NCBI GenBank assembly: GCA_964016885.1
Contig: CAXHJY010000621.1
Location: 1-51,344, forward strand
Direction of reading: 5' to 3'
DNA length: 51,344 bases
DNA from: Eledone cirrhosa
Lineage: Eukaryota
Positions within the stretch are counted from its first letter, which is position 1, and each line of letters starts with the position of its first letter. The notes under the pieces were generated by a model that did no database searches, was not told the DNA's origin, and was given only the letters and a program-made list of their open reading frames with translations. Shown in pieces: positions 1-13,669 of this stretch. Both the position numbers and the translations under genes were made by a program.

Positions 1-79
1 ATATACTATAATATATTAAGTTATAGATATATAGATATATATATTACACAAATGTTTATATGTATATGACACACTTACT

Positions 80-129
<50 letters not shown>

Positions 130-733
130 GGAATAATGCGGAGAAAACAGAAGAAAAAAAAGCTTTTAAGTGCAAAGGAAACAGAAAACAAAAATATACA
201 CAACAAACAAACAACAAAAACAGGAACAAAGACAAACAACATCAACCTACAGCAACGACAACAACACAGAAAAAAAGGTAGACTGCAAATGACTGATGGA
301 GATGAAACTGAATTAGCAAAGCAACGAAGCAAGGTGGAAGAGAGGATCACGTGATTCAGTGACCAGTATGTCTTCAAAGCTAAGCTACTTATACACTGAC
401 TGATGAACTAATTGCTCATTTAGTAAAGTACCCAATATAGTCTTTATAATAGGCAATCTGGGAAAAGGTAAGGGAAAGATTTGAAGAGTGCGTGTGTGAG
501 AGAAGTTATATGTACGTGTGTGTGTGTTATAGAGTGAGGCGGGGTGGGGGGAGAAAGGTGTGAATGAAATGCGGAACTTTCGAGATCAGAGAAAGGTAAA
601 ATGAAAATTTAGTGGTGCACCTATCTGTCTATGAATTTTGTAGGTGTGTGTATAAATAAATAAAATATATATATATAAATATAAAATAAAGTTAAATAAA
701 AGTAAAAATGATTAAAATTTAGCTTCGTTTATT

Positions 734-788
734 ACTGCTATATATATTTCAGTGACAGCCATCTTTGGCTGTGACCTCTTCAGGCAGT
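734..788 (-). ncRNA. Type I hammerhead ribozyme motif, inverted copy of 942-996
   Basis: Exact reverse complement of 942-996. Confidence 0.8.
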
Positions 789-941
789 TTGAATTAGTAT
801 GGTATAGACAAGTACATATGTTGTTTAGGTTGTTTAGGTGTATAATATTGTCAATACTCTGATATGCCCAGTTCCTTGTTGGGTTGTTAATTCACTGAGG
901 AACTGGAGTCATATGTACTTGTCTATACCATACTAATTCAA

Positions 942-996
942 ACTGCCTGAAGAGGTCACAGCCAAAGATGGCTGTCACTGAAATATATATAGCAGT
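942..996 (+). ncRNA. Type I hammerhead ribozyme motif (minimal, Penelope-type)
   Basis: ACTGC-CTGAAGA-[GGTCACAGCC aaagat GGCTGTCACT]-GAAA-TATATA-TA-GCAGT. Stem I is 5 bp, the core matches CUGANGA/GAAA, stem II has 9 of 10 pairs and stem III is a short palindrome. Predicted cleavage after A991; AATAAA at 997-1002. Confidence 0.8.
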
Positions 997-1142
997 AATA
1001 AACGAAGCTAAATTTTAATCATTTGACTTTTTATTTAACTTTATTTTACACTACTCCGGAGTAAACCAAACCAACCTGCGCACTTCGTCGAGAGTGCTCC
1101 AGCCTGCATACTGAGGTGTTGGTATACAACCAACATAAACTC

Positions 1143-1216
<74 letters not shown>

Positions 1217-1217
<1 letters not shown>

Positions 1218-1260
1218 AATGAAAACAGTTCTAGTCCTGTAGAAGCCATTTTCTATCTTA
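1217..1260 (+). mobile_element. Fragment of hammerhead-bearing repeat family B (3' half of ribozyme)
   Basis: GAATGAAAACAGTTCTAGTCCTGTAGAAGCCATTTTCTA matches the copies at 22.8, 23.4, 25.2-25.3 and 33.4 kb and directly follows (TA)n. Confidence 0.75.
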
Positions 1261-1799
1261 TATAGTGTGTGTGTGTGCATGTGTATATACATGTACCTGT
1301 ACGTATATATATGTATATATATAATGTATTCATAGGTATAAACATGGAACTGTACGTATATATCTATGTATACACACACATAAATATATATATATATATA
1401 TATACATACACACATACATACACACAAACAAACTCGGGTCACAGTATACATGGTGCACATAGGGGAATTGTCTGTCTGGTGTGAAATATGTTTGTATGTG
1501 TGTATAACAGTATATAAAGAAATTTAAAACTTTCTTTTTTTATACCTGTTTCGACAGGTATGAAAGAAAATGTAATTATGAAATGCTAAAAGACTCGTTG
1601 TGGGTCAATAAAATAAAGTACCAGTCAAATATGAGGTCGATAAAATCCCCACAAACTTTTGTACTTGTCCCGAAATTAGAACTCACTATTAAATGACAAA
1701 TTAGTTATTTCATTAAATCTCTCGTAATTATGGTTTATTTTGATAATTAAGGGAAAGGTGATATATTCTTGTCAGTCACGTGGACAGAGAAAAAGTTAA

Positions 1800-2020
1800 G
1801 TAAGGAGCGCTACGAAATGTGGAGAGGAGCTTTGGCCTGGTGAAGCAGTTCCTCAACAGGAAGAGGGTTGGATGGGTGTCAGTCAGGTTCAGTCTGCTCA
1901 TGAGGGTCGTTAACTGCTGTAGACTGGACCTGATGGTGGAGTGTATGGCAGGAGGATCGGTGATCCGAGGAAAAGGATATTCTTTTTTGGGGTCACTTGC
2001 ACCTGGCGGAGAATGGAACG
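1800..2020 (-). pseudogene. Degenerate CRE-clade-like non-LTR retrotransposon fragment (region C-terminal to the RT catalytic motif)
   Basis: Minus strand reads ...NILFLGSPI, then a frameshift, then AIHSTIRSSLQQLTTLMSRLNLTDTHPTLFLLRNCFTRPKLLSTFRSAP. This resembles the LLG(A/S)PI...RL..L..H.AL.LLRNC...PKL.Y.LR..P motif of CRE-type elements (recognised from memory). Confidence 0.6.
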
Positions 2021-2705
2021 CACAAACAGTTAAGTTGTTTACTATCTTACGACTTCAATGTGATGACGGTGACCATGGCGACGATGGTGACGGCGATGAC
2101 GATGACTGCGACGACGACGGAATACGAACAGTCAAACTTTCGGTATGTAGGCTGACACATTTATCGACCTATCCAACCACGTTAATATGAGATGAAGCAC
2201 CGATGGTGGTAGTGGGGGGGGGGATAGTGGTGGTGGCGGTGTTAGGGGGGATAGAGAGAATGAGGTGTTGGTGGTGGTGGTGGTGGGGTCAAAAGAAGAA
2301 GAGGGAAAGATCAATAGTTATTGCCAACGTTAATCATGGTTTCTTTAGCCTAGAAACAAGGATTCTTTTTAAGGAATTAATAATCGATATAATTGACTCT
2401 ATTGCCTTACTGACACTTATTTTATCGATCTTGGAATAATGAAAGGCAAACGTTGGCCTCGTCCTCGATAATCACCCGTCTAAGTCAAACATACCGCCTT
2501 ATTGACAACAGTCTTTCCTTATATACATACTCATTAAATCTCAGATTATTTCAACAGAGGAAATGGAGTGTTGTGTGATTCTTCCTTTTTCTTGGGAGGT
2601 CACCATTAATACAAACTACATGTAAAACATCTTTAGTTACTCTAAACATCTGATAATATAATGTTAGACTATATTTTCTTTAAAAACCTCCAATATATGT
2701 AAAGG

Positions 2706-2940
2706 TGAAGGCGCATGGCTTAGTAGTTAGAGCATTGGGCTTGCAATCGAAAGGTTGTGAGTTCAATTCTCAGCCCGGGTGATGTGTTGTTTTACGTTGC
2801 TCCAGTTAACTCAGCTGTAGAAATGAGATGATAGGACTGGGGTCCCTATCATTAAATCACCCAAGACACCTCCAGCGAGATATACCTTGGGGGAGGCCAG
2901 CTAAACCTGCATAGGTGTCAGCTGTAACAACAACAACAAT
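2706..2940 (+). mobile_element. tRNA-derived SINE (family S1)
   Basis: GAAGGCGCATGGCTTAGTAGTTAGAGC head with A-box, B-box GTTCAATTCT, body ACGTTGCTCCAGT...GTAGAAATGAG shared with the 8.3 and 50.1 kb copies, and an (AAC)n tail. Confidence 0.75.
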
Positions 2941-3053
2941 ATATGTAAAACGCATCTGACAATGTAGTTGGACGATATCTCTGAAGAGACCCAATATATA
3001 TAAAACTTTAATATATCTATATATATATATTTTATTACGGCCCTTAGAACTAT

Positions 3054-3123
<70 letters not shown>

Positions 3124-3271
3124 CCTCTCTCTCCCTCTCTCTCTCGTATATGAAGTTTTATATTACCTTTAATGTTCATAAAGTAGTTATATATATCATT
3201 GTCTTGGGCTGAACTCGGAGTATTGGCTGAGCTTAGTTTGACGATCATAGATATATATATATAGACATAAA

Positions 3272-3328
<57 letters not shown>

Positions 3329-3707
3329 GCCAAGATCGTACCGAGCTACCAACGGTTCCGTTGGTCTTTCCAATGGTGATAGTGTGTGTGTGTGTATGTA
3401 TGTATGTATGTATGTATGTATGTATGTATGTATGTATGTATGTATGTATGTATGTATGTATGTATGTATGTATGTATGTATGTATGTATATAATGGGTAT
3501 GTGTACACATGAATATATATGTATACTTTCCATTTATATATGTGGAGAATATGTGTATACTCTCTCTTTCTGCACAGACACACACACACACACACACCCA
3601 TACACACACACACACATACACACCCACACATATTATGTATTCATATATATTACACATATTTATACGCTAACACAAATATATATGTCCTTATATATTCTAT
3701 ATGTATG

Positions 3708-3755
<48 letters not shown>

Positions 3756-4576
3756 GAATATCCTAAACTGGCAAACAAAACATGGTTTCCAACAGACACA
3801 GAACTAAAAGGATACAGAAAGAGATAGAAAGAGAGAGAGAGAGAGAGAAAGATAGAGAGAAAGACAGAGGGAGAGAAAGATAGAGACAGAATAAAAACAC
3901 TAAATAATATTGCGTGCGTTAAACATGAAGTTATGAATGCATCTGAAGTTAGCGTTAGGAGAGACATGAATTTCATTGTATGGAATTCTTGTATCGACTT
4001 TATGATCGTCAAACTAAGCTCAGTGAATAGATAGCATTTATACGATGTTTGCAATATAGATAACATTTGGTATATAGACATAACATTTGCCGCTAGAATC
4101 GCTCACATCTAGCTATTTATTCACTAATAATTCACGCTAAATTTCCTTTCAGATATCTATAGTTTTATTACCTATATGCATGTATGTATATATATATTTA
4201 TATCTATATATCTATATATATATATAGATATATAGATATATACATATATACATATATACATATATAGATATGTATGTATGTGTATATAAATATATACATT
4301 TATATATATGATATATATATAAATATATATACATATATAGATATGTATATATATATATATATAAATATATACATATATACTGTATATATATAAATATATA
4401 TACATACATAGATATGTATATATATATAAATATATACATATATACATACATATACATATATACATACATATACATACATATATATATATACATACATATA
4501 TACATATATATTTATATATATCTATGTACATACATACATATATATATATACATATATATATGTAGATATCTCTATG

Positions 4577-4618
<42 letters not shown>

Positions 4619-4721
4619 TGTACATACATTCATATATATATAGAGAGAGATATCTCTATATATACATAGATATATATATAAAAAGATATCTATATATATA
4701 TCTATAGATATGTGTATATAT

Positions 4722-4816
<95 letters not shown>

Positions 4817-5150
4817 TATGAATTTATATATACGTACGTATTTTTAGAAATATTTTCATATCGCACGCTTGCATGCATCCATAAATATATTCGTTTGGCT
4901 CACAGGCGCACTCACTCACACACATGTAATATATATATTTGTATGCACATAGCGGTGTATATATATATGTATGTATAAACGCATATAAAATTGTTTTATT
5001 TCGTCATGGGTCACTGTTTTATTAGCTGTGTTTATTTGGTTTTTAAGAGTTCTTTGTATTGTATGTATACGTATGTGAATGAATATATATATATATATTT
5101 ATCTCACATATGTTTATCTCATCTATTGTTACATACATATTATAGATACA

Positions 5151-5215
<65 letters not shown>

Positions 5216-5323
5216 ACATCAAATTATAAATGTGAGGAAATAATTGACAAAAATATACCTATTTTTTCTTCAAAGTCCCGATATATATATATATATAAAT
5301 ATATATATTTATATAAATATATA

Positions 5324-5392
<69 letters not shown>

Positions 5393-5985
5393 CACAGACA
5401 TTCACACACGTATATTATTCATGTTTCTGGTTTAAAAAAAAAAAAGCGAAGTACTTTCTTTCGAAGGGTGTTATGAAGCTGGAGGTGAGATAGCAGTGTT
5501 GAGCAGTCAATGCTGGTCTATTTAAACGAGAAATTATTGTTGTTGTTTTTGTTACTCTCTTTGTTCATAAGCGTGACCGGAACACGGTGCGAAGTCAGTC
5601 ACCGTCCCGTCTACGGAGAGCAACGACTCCATTGGGTGAAAACAATGGAATTCCAAAATAACTATCACGTAGCTGCTGCTCTGCAGTTTCCTGTCAATGA
5701 CTTCTTTTGCCATACTTCAGAGAGGCCATGTAATGAGTTGATTTCGTCGCCATTACCATTACCGCCATTACAGCTACTAGCGCTACCTCCACCAGTACCA
5801 GCACCACCATCACTAGCACCGCCACCACCTCTTGTAGAGAGTTAGGTTGTTGTTGCTAAGTGACAACGGGACAATATGGAGAGCTGACCTTAACGGAACC
5901 GTCTGATTTCTTTTGTAACCATCTTGCATCCGTTTACCATTAAAGACAGAAAGAAGGGTTTTCAGTTGCAGGTATCTGATGGATG

Positions 5986-6059
<74 letters not shown>

Positions 6060-7744
6060 GAAATAGAAGCCTACCGTAATAATTTAACTACATAATATAG
6101 TCAAATAATGGGGTGTATAAACCCACTGAATGGAAAAAGATGGATATCAACGCACACACACGTGTGTGTGTGTGTGTATATATATATGTATATATATATA
6201 TAATATATGTGTGTGTATGTATATATGTACACACACACACACACACAATTGTACCCGTACACAGATTTTCCAGCATACAAAGCTAAATTCTAGAAAGGTC
6301 CTTAAGTGTTATGGGAGATATACTGGATAAGATCATCATGTTCTCATCTAGATACACTCTCTACCTCTTTCTCCACATCTCAGTATATCATCTCTCTCTC
6401 TCTCTGACGGACTCACACTTTCTCTCTACATATCTCCATCTCTTTCTCTCTCTCTCACATTTCCTTCTCTCCCGCACCAACACTCACACACACACGTCTC
6501 CACATACAGATATATATGCAAATATCTAACCATGTACATCTACTCCTCCACACACACACACACGCACACACACACTTACCCATACACACACATCTACCCC
6601 CCCCCCACACACACATCTACCCACATACACTTGTCTACCCACGATGAATGACATCTTTACACACACACAGTCCGCTATCCACACATACACACACTAATAA
6701 ACACACACAGTCCGCTATCCACACATACACACACTAATAAACACACACAGTCCCCTATCCACACTAACACACATCTACCCACACATCTAACCCCACCCCA
6801 CATCTCACCCCATCCCCACCCCAGCGTAGAGAAGAAGAAGGGGGGAGGGGGAGGGTAGCCGATCAAACCAATGTGACGTTTATACTTGCCAGACGAATAT
6901 TGATCCGTGAAAAATGAACTCGTTAGGAAATGGCGTGTAATGAAGGTTGTGATATTGCTACTGATGTGGATGATAGTGGTGGTGGTGTGGTGTGGTGTGG
7001 TGGATGATAATGGTGGCGGTGGTGTGGTGGTGCGGTGGTGGTGGTGGTGTGGTGGATGATAATGGTGGCGGTGGTGTGGTGGTGGTGGAGTGGTGGTGTG
7101 GAGTGGTGGATGATAATGGTGGCGGTGGTGTGGTGGTGTGGTTGCGGTGGTGGTGGTGTGGTGTGGTGGTGGTGTGGTGGTGGTGGTGTGGTGGTGTGGT
7201 GGCGGTGGTGATGGTGTGTGTGGTACTGGTGGTGTGGGAGGGTGTGGTGGCGGTGGTGATGGTGTGTGTGGTACTGGTGGTGTGGGGGTGGTGTGTTGGT
7301 AGTGGTGGTGGTGGTGTGGTGGTGTGTGGTAGTAGTGGTGTTGATGTTGTAGTAGTGGTGTTCTCTGGTGTTGATGTGGTGGCGGCGAGGTGTCGCTGGT
7401 AATGGTGGAAGTGTTGATGAGGATAATGTTTGTAGTGGTCAGAGTATTCCTCTTGCTTATATATCTGTGCCTGTGTGTGTATATGTTTATATATTATATA
7501 CATACATATATACATATATATAATGAATATATTATATATATATATATATGTGTACATATATATACACACACACACACACACATATATATATATGTGTGTG
7601 TACATATATATATATATATGTACACACACACATATGTATATTTAATTACATAATAAACAACACAATATAACCATTTCATTACCTAAGGTTTCAAGAAACT
7701 AAATGATTCTTGCAAGGAACATCCAGTTCATTCGTCAGACAAAA

Positions 7745-8070
7745 TAATTATCCACCCCAGTAAATTTACTGAAAGGCGGGTGAATGAAACGAAAATGGCT
7801 CGAGTGATTGGGCCTTCTCTGTTTATAAACCTGTAGGTTAAAGAAGAGAGCAAAAGGAAGAAGGGAGCACTTGCACAACACGCTCCTGAAGTTGAGGGTT
7901 TTTCTATCGACGGGGTATTAAACAACCCACCTGTGGCGCCTCCCCCCTATTGGAGATTTCGATTGTTATAATTACTTGTTTCAATATTTTTACACGACTT
8001 TATGTAAAATCCCCGGAATCTGTCCTTGTATTGTCCCCTTTTCTTGTGCGCCCTTGTGGCAAATAAAGAA
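7745..8070 (+). mobile_element. Probable 3' end of an L1/Tx1-clade LINE
   Basis: C-terminal-like peptide PSKFTERRVNETKMARVIGPSLFINL* (7756-7836, resembling the F.ERW motif), then a 3' UTR ending CCCTTGTGGCAAATAAAGAAA joined to (TA)n. Clade assignment is from recalled motif similarity. Confidence 0.45.
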
Positions 8071-8267
8071 ATATATATTATGTACATATATATCTATGTC
8101 CGTAACTCTTTAAAATCTCCACACACTTGTCCCTGTAAATATTTATTTATCCAAAGTTACATTTAATGTAGTGACAGCAACTCTAGATTGTTGGACTAGA
8201 GGACTTACAGGGTTTAGTTATTGGTACTTCCATTTAGAACTTTCAGGCTACCCTCCATTCAGATATT

Positions 8268-8390
8268 CATAGGAGATGGAACTGATTGGTTAGAGAATTG
8301 GATTCGCAATCGTGAGGTTGTGAGTTCGATTCCTGGACCGGGCGATGCGTTATGTCCTTGAGCAAGACACTTTATTTCACGTTGCTCCTT
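8268..8390 (+). mobile_element. tRNA-derived SINE (family S1)
   Basis: TGGTTAGAG...GATTCGCAATCGTGAGGTTGTGAGTTCGATTCC (B-box), followed by the CORE-like segment TGTCCTTGAGCAAGACACTT. Confidence 0.75.
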
Positions 8391-8607
8391 CTACCTGGAG
8401 TTGCAGCCAGTAGATATTATTAGCAATTTGGAAGACCAATGGAAACATTGTTTCCTCGGTCCGATTTGACGGAAGTCGATCGACAATTTTTTTTTTATCT
8501 GTAGTTAAGCAGAGGAAACCAGTAATATCTTGGTATTGATTTAACTGTTTTGTATCACCCTAACCCCCTTCTTTATGTCAGTAGTATAAATCAATATTGT
8601 ACATATA

Positions 8608-8707
8608 CAGGGTGTCCCCTAAAAATGTATACACACTTTGATTACTGTACAGGCAATATTTATTAGAATGTTGTTGAAGTGTGTGTACATTTTTGGGGGA
8701 CACCCTG
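8608..8707. mobile_element. Tc1/mariner-type MITE (100 bp)
   Basis: TIRs of about 30 bp (CAGGGTGTCCCC-AAAAATGTATACACACTT / AAGTGTGTGTACATTTTTGGGGGACACCCTG) flanked by TA on both sides. Confidence 0.85.
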
Positions 8708-8716
8708 TATAATAAA

Positions 8717-8830
8717 GAGGTAGATTGGTAGAATCGGTAGAGTGCCGGATACAAAACGCTTCAAGATTAGTTTTGGCTCATTGCGCTCTGTGTTCGAATC
8801 TCATCCTTTCGAGGTCGATAAATAAAATCC
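8717..8830 (+). mobile_element. tRNA-derived SINE (family S2), internally deleted
   Basis: GGTAGATTGGTAGAATCGGTAGAG...GTTCGAATC-TCATCCTTTCGAGGTCGATAAA; reverse-complement match to the 10.2 and 17.5 kb copies. Confidence 0.7.
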
Positions 8831-8866
8831 CTGTCTCGCACTAGGGTCAGTTCTCCCCTCCCCGCC

Positions 8867-8934
<68 letters not shown>

Positions 8935-9299
8935 TCTCCCTCTGTCTTCTCTCTCTGTCTCTCTGTCTTCTCTCTCTGTCTCTCTCTGTCTTCTCTCTCT
9001 GTCTCTCTGTCTCTCTCTGTCTCTCTATGTCTCTCTCTCTGTCTCTCTCACTCTCTGTCTCTCTGTCTCTCTCTCTCTGTCTCTCTGTCTCTCTCTCTCT
9101 CTTGAAGAATTCGACTGTGTTCCTATCTGGAGAGCGATGGGCTCCGCCAGGTTTCAAATGTCCAAGACACACTGAAAGTCAGGACAGTGTCCCTACGACT
9201 CTATCAAGAGTTAAGTGTCATTTACCTATTAATAAGACACATACAATCCCAACTACATTATAAAATAGCGAACGAGGTATGGGAGGATATGTGTTGTGG

Positions 9300-9515
9300 G
9301 TGGGGGCATTACGTGGCTCCGACCTTTTAGTTAGGACAGCCAGATCTCTTAAGCCACACATTACCGTCACACTGAAGAAGGACGGATAAACTGTTTAATG
9401 CAGTCAGAAATAAACTAGATTTGAAAAGATTGGATCATTATGACGAGAATGTCTTTGATGTTGATGATAGGTCTGCTCGATCAGCGCTGTAGTGTAGCTA
9501 GACGGCAACTACTGT
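9300..9515 (+). repeat. Dispersed repeat family S3 (SINE-like 3' segment)
   Basis: GAATGTCTTTGAT...TAGGTCTGCTCGATCAG is shared with 22995-23130 (-), 37405-37460 (-) and the end of the 64-bp satellite. Confidence 0.55.
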
Positions 9516-9653
9516 GATCAAAAGACCTCTTAGTATTCTCGGGGGTTGTAGTTTAAAAACCCCTGGGATGGAAAGGGGCAAGTGATACCGAGTCAAAGAG
9601 ATGCCACGTACTTCATAACATAAGTCGACTTTATCAGTATAATACGTATATGC

Positions 9654-9703
<50 letters not shown>

Positions 9704-9815
9704 CAGTTGCACTAACATAGCATGATTCATAATAGAGGCATATTTGTAAGTGTATACAATATGTTTATATATAATAAACATACATAGGTCTTGGTATGAT
9801 ACCTTAATCTATGAT

Positions 9816-9904
<89 letters not shown>

Positions 9905-9939
9905 TTCTCTCAGCCGTCAACCACATACGGATATATATA

Positions 9940-10007
9940 TAGGGTGTCCTCCCAAAATATATACACACTTTTTTTAGGAGTGTTTACACATTTTTGGGGA
10001 CACCCTG
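9940..10007. mobile_element. Internally deleted copy of the Tc1/mariner-type MITE
   Basis: TAGGGTGTCCTCCCAAAAT...ACATTTTTGGGGACACCCTG; same TIRs as 8608-8707. Confidence 0.75.
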
Positions 10008-10095
10008 AATGTATATATATATATTACATACATACTTACAGAAGATCCCGTTCAGGGTGAAAGCAGCGATTCTTTGCTTAAACTTTAATCTGTTA

Positions 10096-10368
<273 letters not shown>

Positions 10369-11139
10369 ATAATGTAAGTATGTATGTAATATAAATTTTG
10401 GAATTTATCTATATCATTGTAGTGGGTAAAATGCACCTGGAGCCGATTTATCTGAGGTAACCCAATCACCTTTATAATCCACGTAATATACTCGTGTTGT
10501 GAGTAGCAACATTTTATTGACGTTAGGAAGAAAACTGGGATACAGTGTTAAAACCCACATGGAGTATTGTATTCCCTAAATAACCGCTGAAACCGAGAAT
10601 GTCAAGTTTATAGTTATTTAACTTAGAGTAAATTTGTAGAAAGACAGAAAAAAAATGTTTTTTTAAAGCCAAAAGTTAAAACCAATTATAAGTAGTTCTA
10701 GTTTTCATTTAGCCTCCGTTTGGTAACAGGAAACACAATGAACTCGAATGACTGTGAAGTTAACTTAAATAAAATATAGCGGACGAAAAATAAATAATTT
10801 TGAAAAAAGAGGTTAAAAGGGGGGATAAGAATTAGAAAACAAACAACAAAAAATTAAACTCCATTTTGTTATTTCTTTTTTCTCCTTTTGTAAAAAACCA
10901 AAAAATAGCAAAAAACAAAATGGATGGCTGTAGTATATTTAGAGATAAAAGCTTCGACACCATAACTTCATGTAGTAACGTACTAAAGACATATTTGCTG
11001 CATTGTTGAAAGTTCCTCACATAAAAAATATTACAGAAAAACAAAACAAAAAAAAGTTGTCAATGGACGTAAATTCCCTGGATACTATCAAATATTGCAC
11101 TAGTGTTGTTTTCTTTGTTTGGGTGATTATGTTGTTATG

Positions 11140-11930
11140 GTTTGGGTGTTGGTGCTGGTGTTGGTGTTGGTGGTGTTGTTGGTGTTGGTGGTGTTGGGTG
11201 GTGGTGTTGTTGGTGGTGTTGGGTGATGGTGTTGTTGGTGGTGGTGTTGTTGTTGGTGGTGTTGTTGTTGGTGGTGGTGTTGTTGGTGGTGTTGGGTGGT
11301 GGTGTTGTTGGTGGTGTTGGTTAGTATTAGTGGTGGTGGTGTTGTTGGTGGTGTTGGTGTTGTTGGGTGGTGTTGGTGGTGTTGTTGGTTGGTGTTGTTG
11401 GTGGTGTTGGTTGGCATTGGTTGGTGGTGGTGGTGTTGGTTGGTGTTGGTTGGTGTTGGTGGTGTTGTTGGTTGGTGTTGTTGATGGTGTTGGTTGGCAT
11501 TGGTTGGTGGTGGTGGTGTTGGTTGGTGTTGGTTGGTGTTGATGGTGTTGTTGGGTGATGTTGGGTGGTGTTGATGCTGTTGTTGGTTGGTGTTGTTGGT
11601 TGTGTTGGTGTTGTTGGTTGTGTTGGTGGTGTTGGTGTTGTTGGTTGTGTTGGTGGTGTTGGTGTTGTTGGTTGTGTTGGTGTTGTTGGTGTTGTTGGTG
11701 GTGTTGGGTGCTGTTGGGTGTTGTTGGGTGGTGTTGTTGGTGTTGTTGGTTGGTGTTGGTTGGCATTGGTTGGTGTTGGTGTTTGGCGTTGGTGTTGTTG
11801 GTTGTGTTGGTGGTGTTGGGTGTTGTTGGGTGGTGTTGTTGGTGTTGTTGGGTGGTGTTGGGTGGTGTTGGTTGGTGTTGGTGTTTGGCGTTGGTGTTGT
11901 TGGTTGTGTTGGTGGTGTTGGTGTTGTTGT
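11140..11930. repeat. Compound (GGT/GTT)n low-complexity array
   Basis: About 800 bp of TGG/TTG triplets. Similar arrays lie at 6965-7400, 13325-13560, 19725-20120, 21410-21770, 39630-40100 and 48710-48890. Confidence 0.95.
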
Positions 11931-13669
11931 ATTCTATTGTTTTTGTTGTGGGCTTTTGTTTGTCTTTTGTTTTTCGTAATTTTTATGTATTCATTTTTTA
12001 TATTTCATTTTTTATTTTTATTTTCTATTTTTTCATTTTACTTTTTATTTTTTATTCTAATTTTTATTTTTTCTAGTTTTTATATTATCTTTATTATTTT
12101 GTTTCTATTTTAACAAGTCGTCTCTGCTGTTGAGGGATAAAACCAGTCTTCCGAATGTTGACGATTTTGATCTGAATCAGGTTCGAAAGAGACAGACGAT
12201 TGATAATCTACTACCGCTGTTGTTGTTGTAGTTGTTTTGATGGTTGTTGTGATGTTTGTCGTTGTTGCTGTGGGTGTGGTTCGTGAGATGGTGGTTGTTA
12301 TGGTTGTTGTTGTTGTTGTTGTTGGTGGTGTGGGTGTTGTTCGTGAGATGGTTGTTATGGTTGTTTTGGTGGTGGTTGTTGTTGGTGAGGTTCGTGAGAT
12401 GGTTGTTGTTGTTGGTGTAGGTGTCATTCGTGAGATGGTTGTTGTTATGGTTGTTTTGGTGGTTGTTGTTGTGGTCAGTACTGGTCCTAGTGATGTTATA
12501 CACATGGTCCAGTATATACACTGCTGGTATTAATGTTGTATGCGGCCCAATGTTGTTAGTGTTGTTATTACTGGTATTAATGCTATAAGTGGCCTAATGT
12601 TATATCTGCTGCTGTGAAGACGTCTATGGTGTTAGTGCTGATGTCCACATTGTTAATGGTGGCAATGTTTCTATTAATGTTATTTCGTAGCTGTTGGTGC
12701 TGTTACTGTTATTGCTAATGGCTATTGGAGGGGGTGGCGGGGTTTGGTCAGTGGTTGAAGTAATGGTGAATCGTGATGGTATTGATGTTGGTGGCGCTGG
12801 TGCTGGTAGGTGGGGGGGGGGGGAGTGTAGAGATGTGTGATGGTATTGTAAAGGTATTGAATGGTGAAGCTCTTGATATTGGTATAATTAGTGGTGTTGT
12901 TTTGGTATTGTTATTTTTTGTGTGTGATGTTCGTTGTGGGGGTTACAATAATGTGGTGAAGATGATATAGTTGTGGTGGTGTTGTAAAGTGGTTTGTGAC
13001 AGTAGTAGTGTTAGTACTAGAGCTGGTTGATAAAGTAGTTATAATGGTCGTGATGGTGACAGTGGGGGTAGTGTTGGTGGTAAGAAATTGGCTTTGATAG
13101 TGGTGGTGGTAGTGACAGGGGGAGAGGGGGTAGTATTGGTGGTAAGAAATTGGCGTTGGTGGTAGTGGTTTTGGTATTTGGTTGTTAGAAATTAGCAATG
13201 GTGGGGGGGGGTAGGATAATAGCGATGATGATAGTGTTGGTTATGAGAATCGTAGTGTGCTTGTTAGGGTAACAATTGTGTTGGCGGTGGTGGTGACCAA
13301 GATAAGATTGTGGTGGTTGTGTATAGCGGTGGTGGTGGTGGTGGTGGTGACAGTGGTGGTGGTGATGACAGTGGTGGTGGTGATGACAGTGGTGGTGGTG
13401 GTGACAGTGGTGGTGGTGGTGACAGTGGTGGTGGTGATGACAGTGGTGGTGGTGGTGACAGTGGTGGTGGTGGTGACAGTGGTGGTGGTGATGACAGTGG
13501 TGGTGGTGATGACAGTGGTGGTGGTGGTGACAGTGGTGGTGGCGATGACAGTGGTGGTAATAGTAGAAATAATAGCAGTGGTTGGAGGAAATTAAACTGG
13601 TGGCATTGATGGTCATAGTGGTGATAGTGGTGGAGGTGGCGGTGGTGGTGGTAATGGTTTGGGCGGAGT

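Larger units (their letters stand above)
682..1048. mobile_element. Penelope-like retroelement remnant: inverted pair of pseudo-LTR-like segments (family A)
   Basis: Arms 682-820 and 910-1048 are reverse complements with differences only near the outer ends, around an 89-bp spacer. Each arm has a hammerhead motif followed by AATAAA, and the flanks are AT-rich or (TC)n(TA)n. Inverted pLTRs with minimal hammerheads are established hallmarks of Penelope-like elements. Confidence 0.75.

Noticed and set aside
396-443. Possible hammerhead CTGATGA-ACTAA..TTAGT
   Set aside because: Followed by AAAG rather than GAAA, with no convincing stems I or III.
2706-2785. tRNA genes at SINE heads (also 8.3, 37.3, 50.1 and 50.4 kb)
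   Set aside because: A/B boxes are present, but stems are broken, anticodon-position triplets differ among copies, and most continue into a shared SINE body.
12110-12521. Thr- or Asn/His-rich ORFs ending ...EDWFYPSTAETTC
   Set aside because: All frames are closed just upstream, there is no acceptor, and the sequence is built on (CAA/CCA)n. More likely UTR or intergenic.
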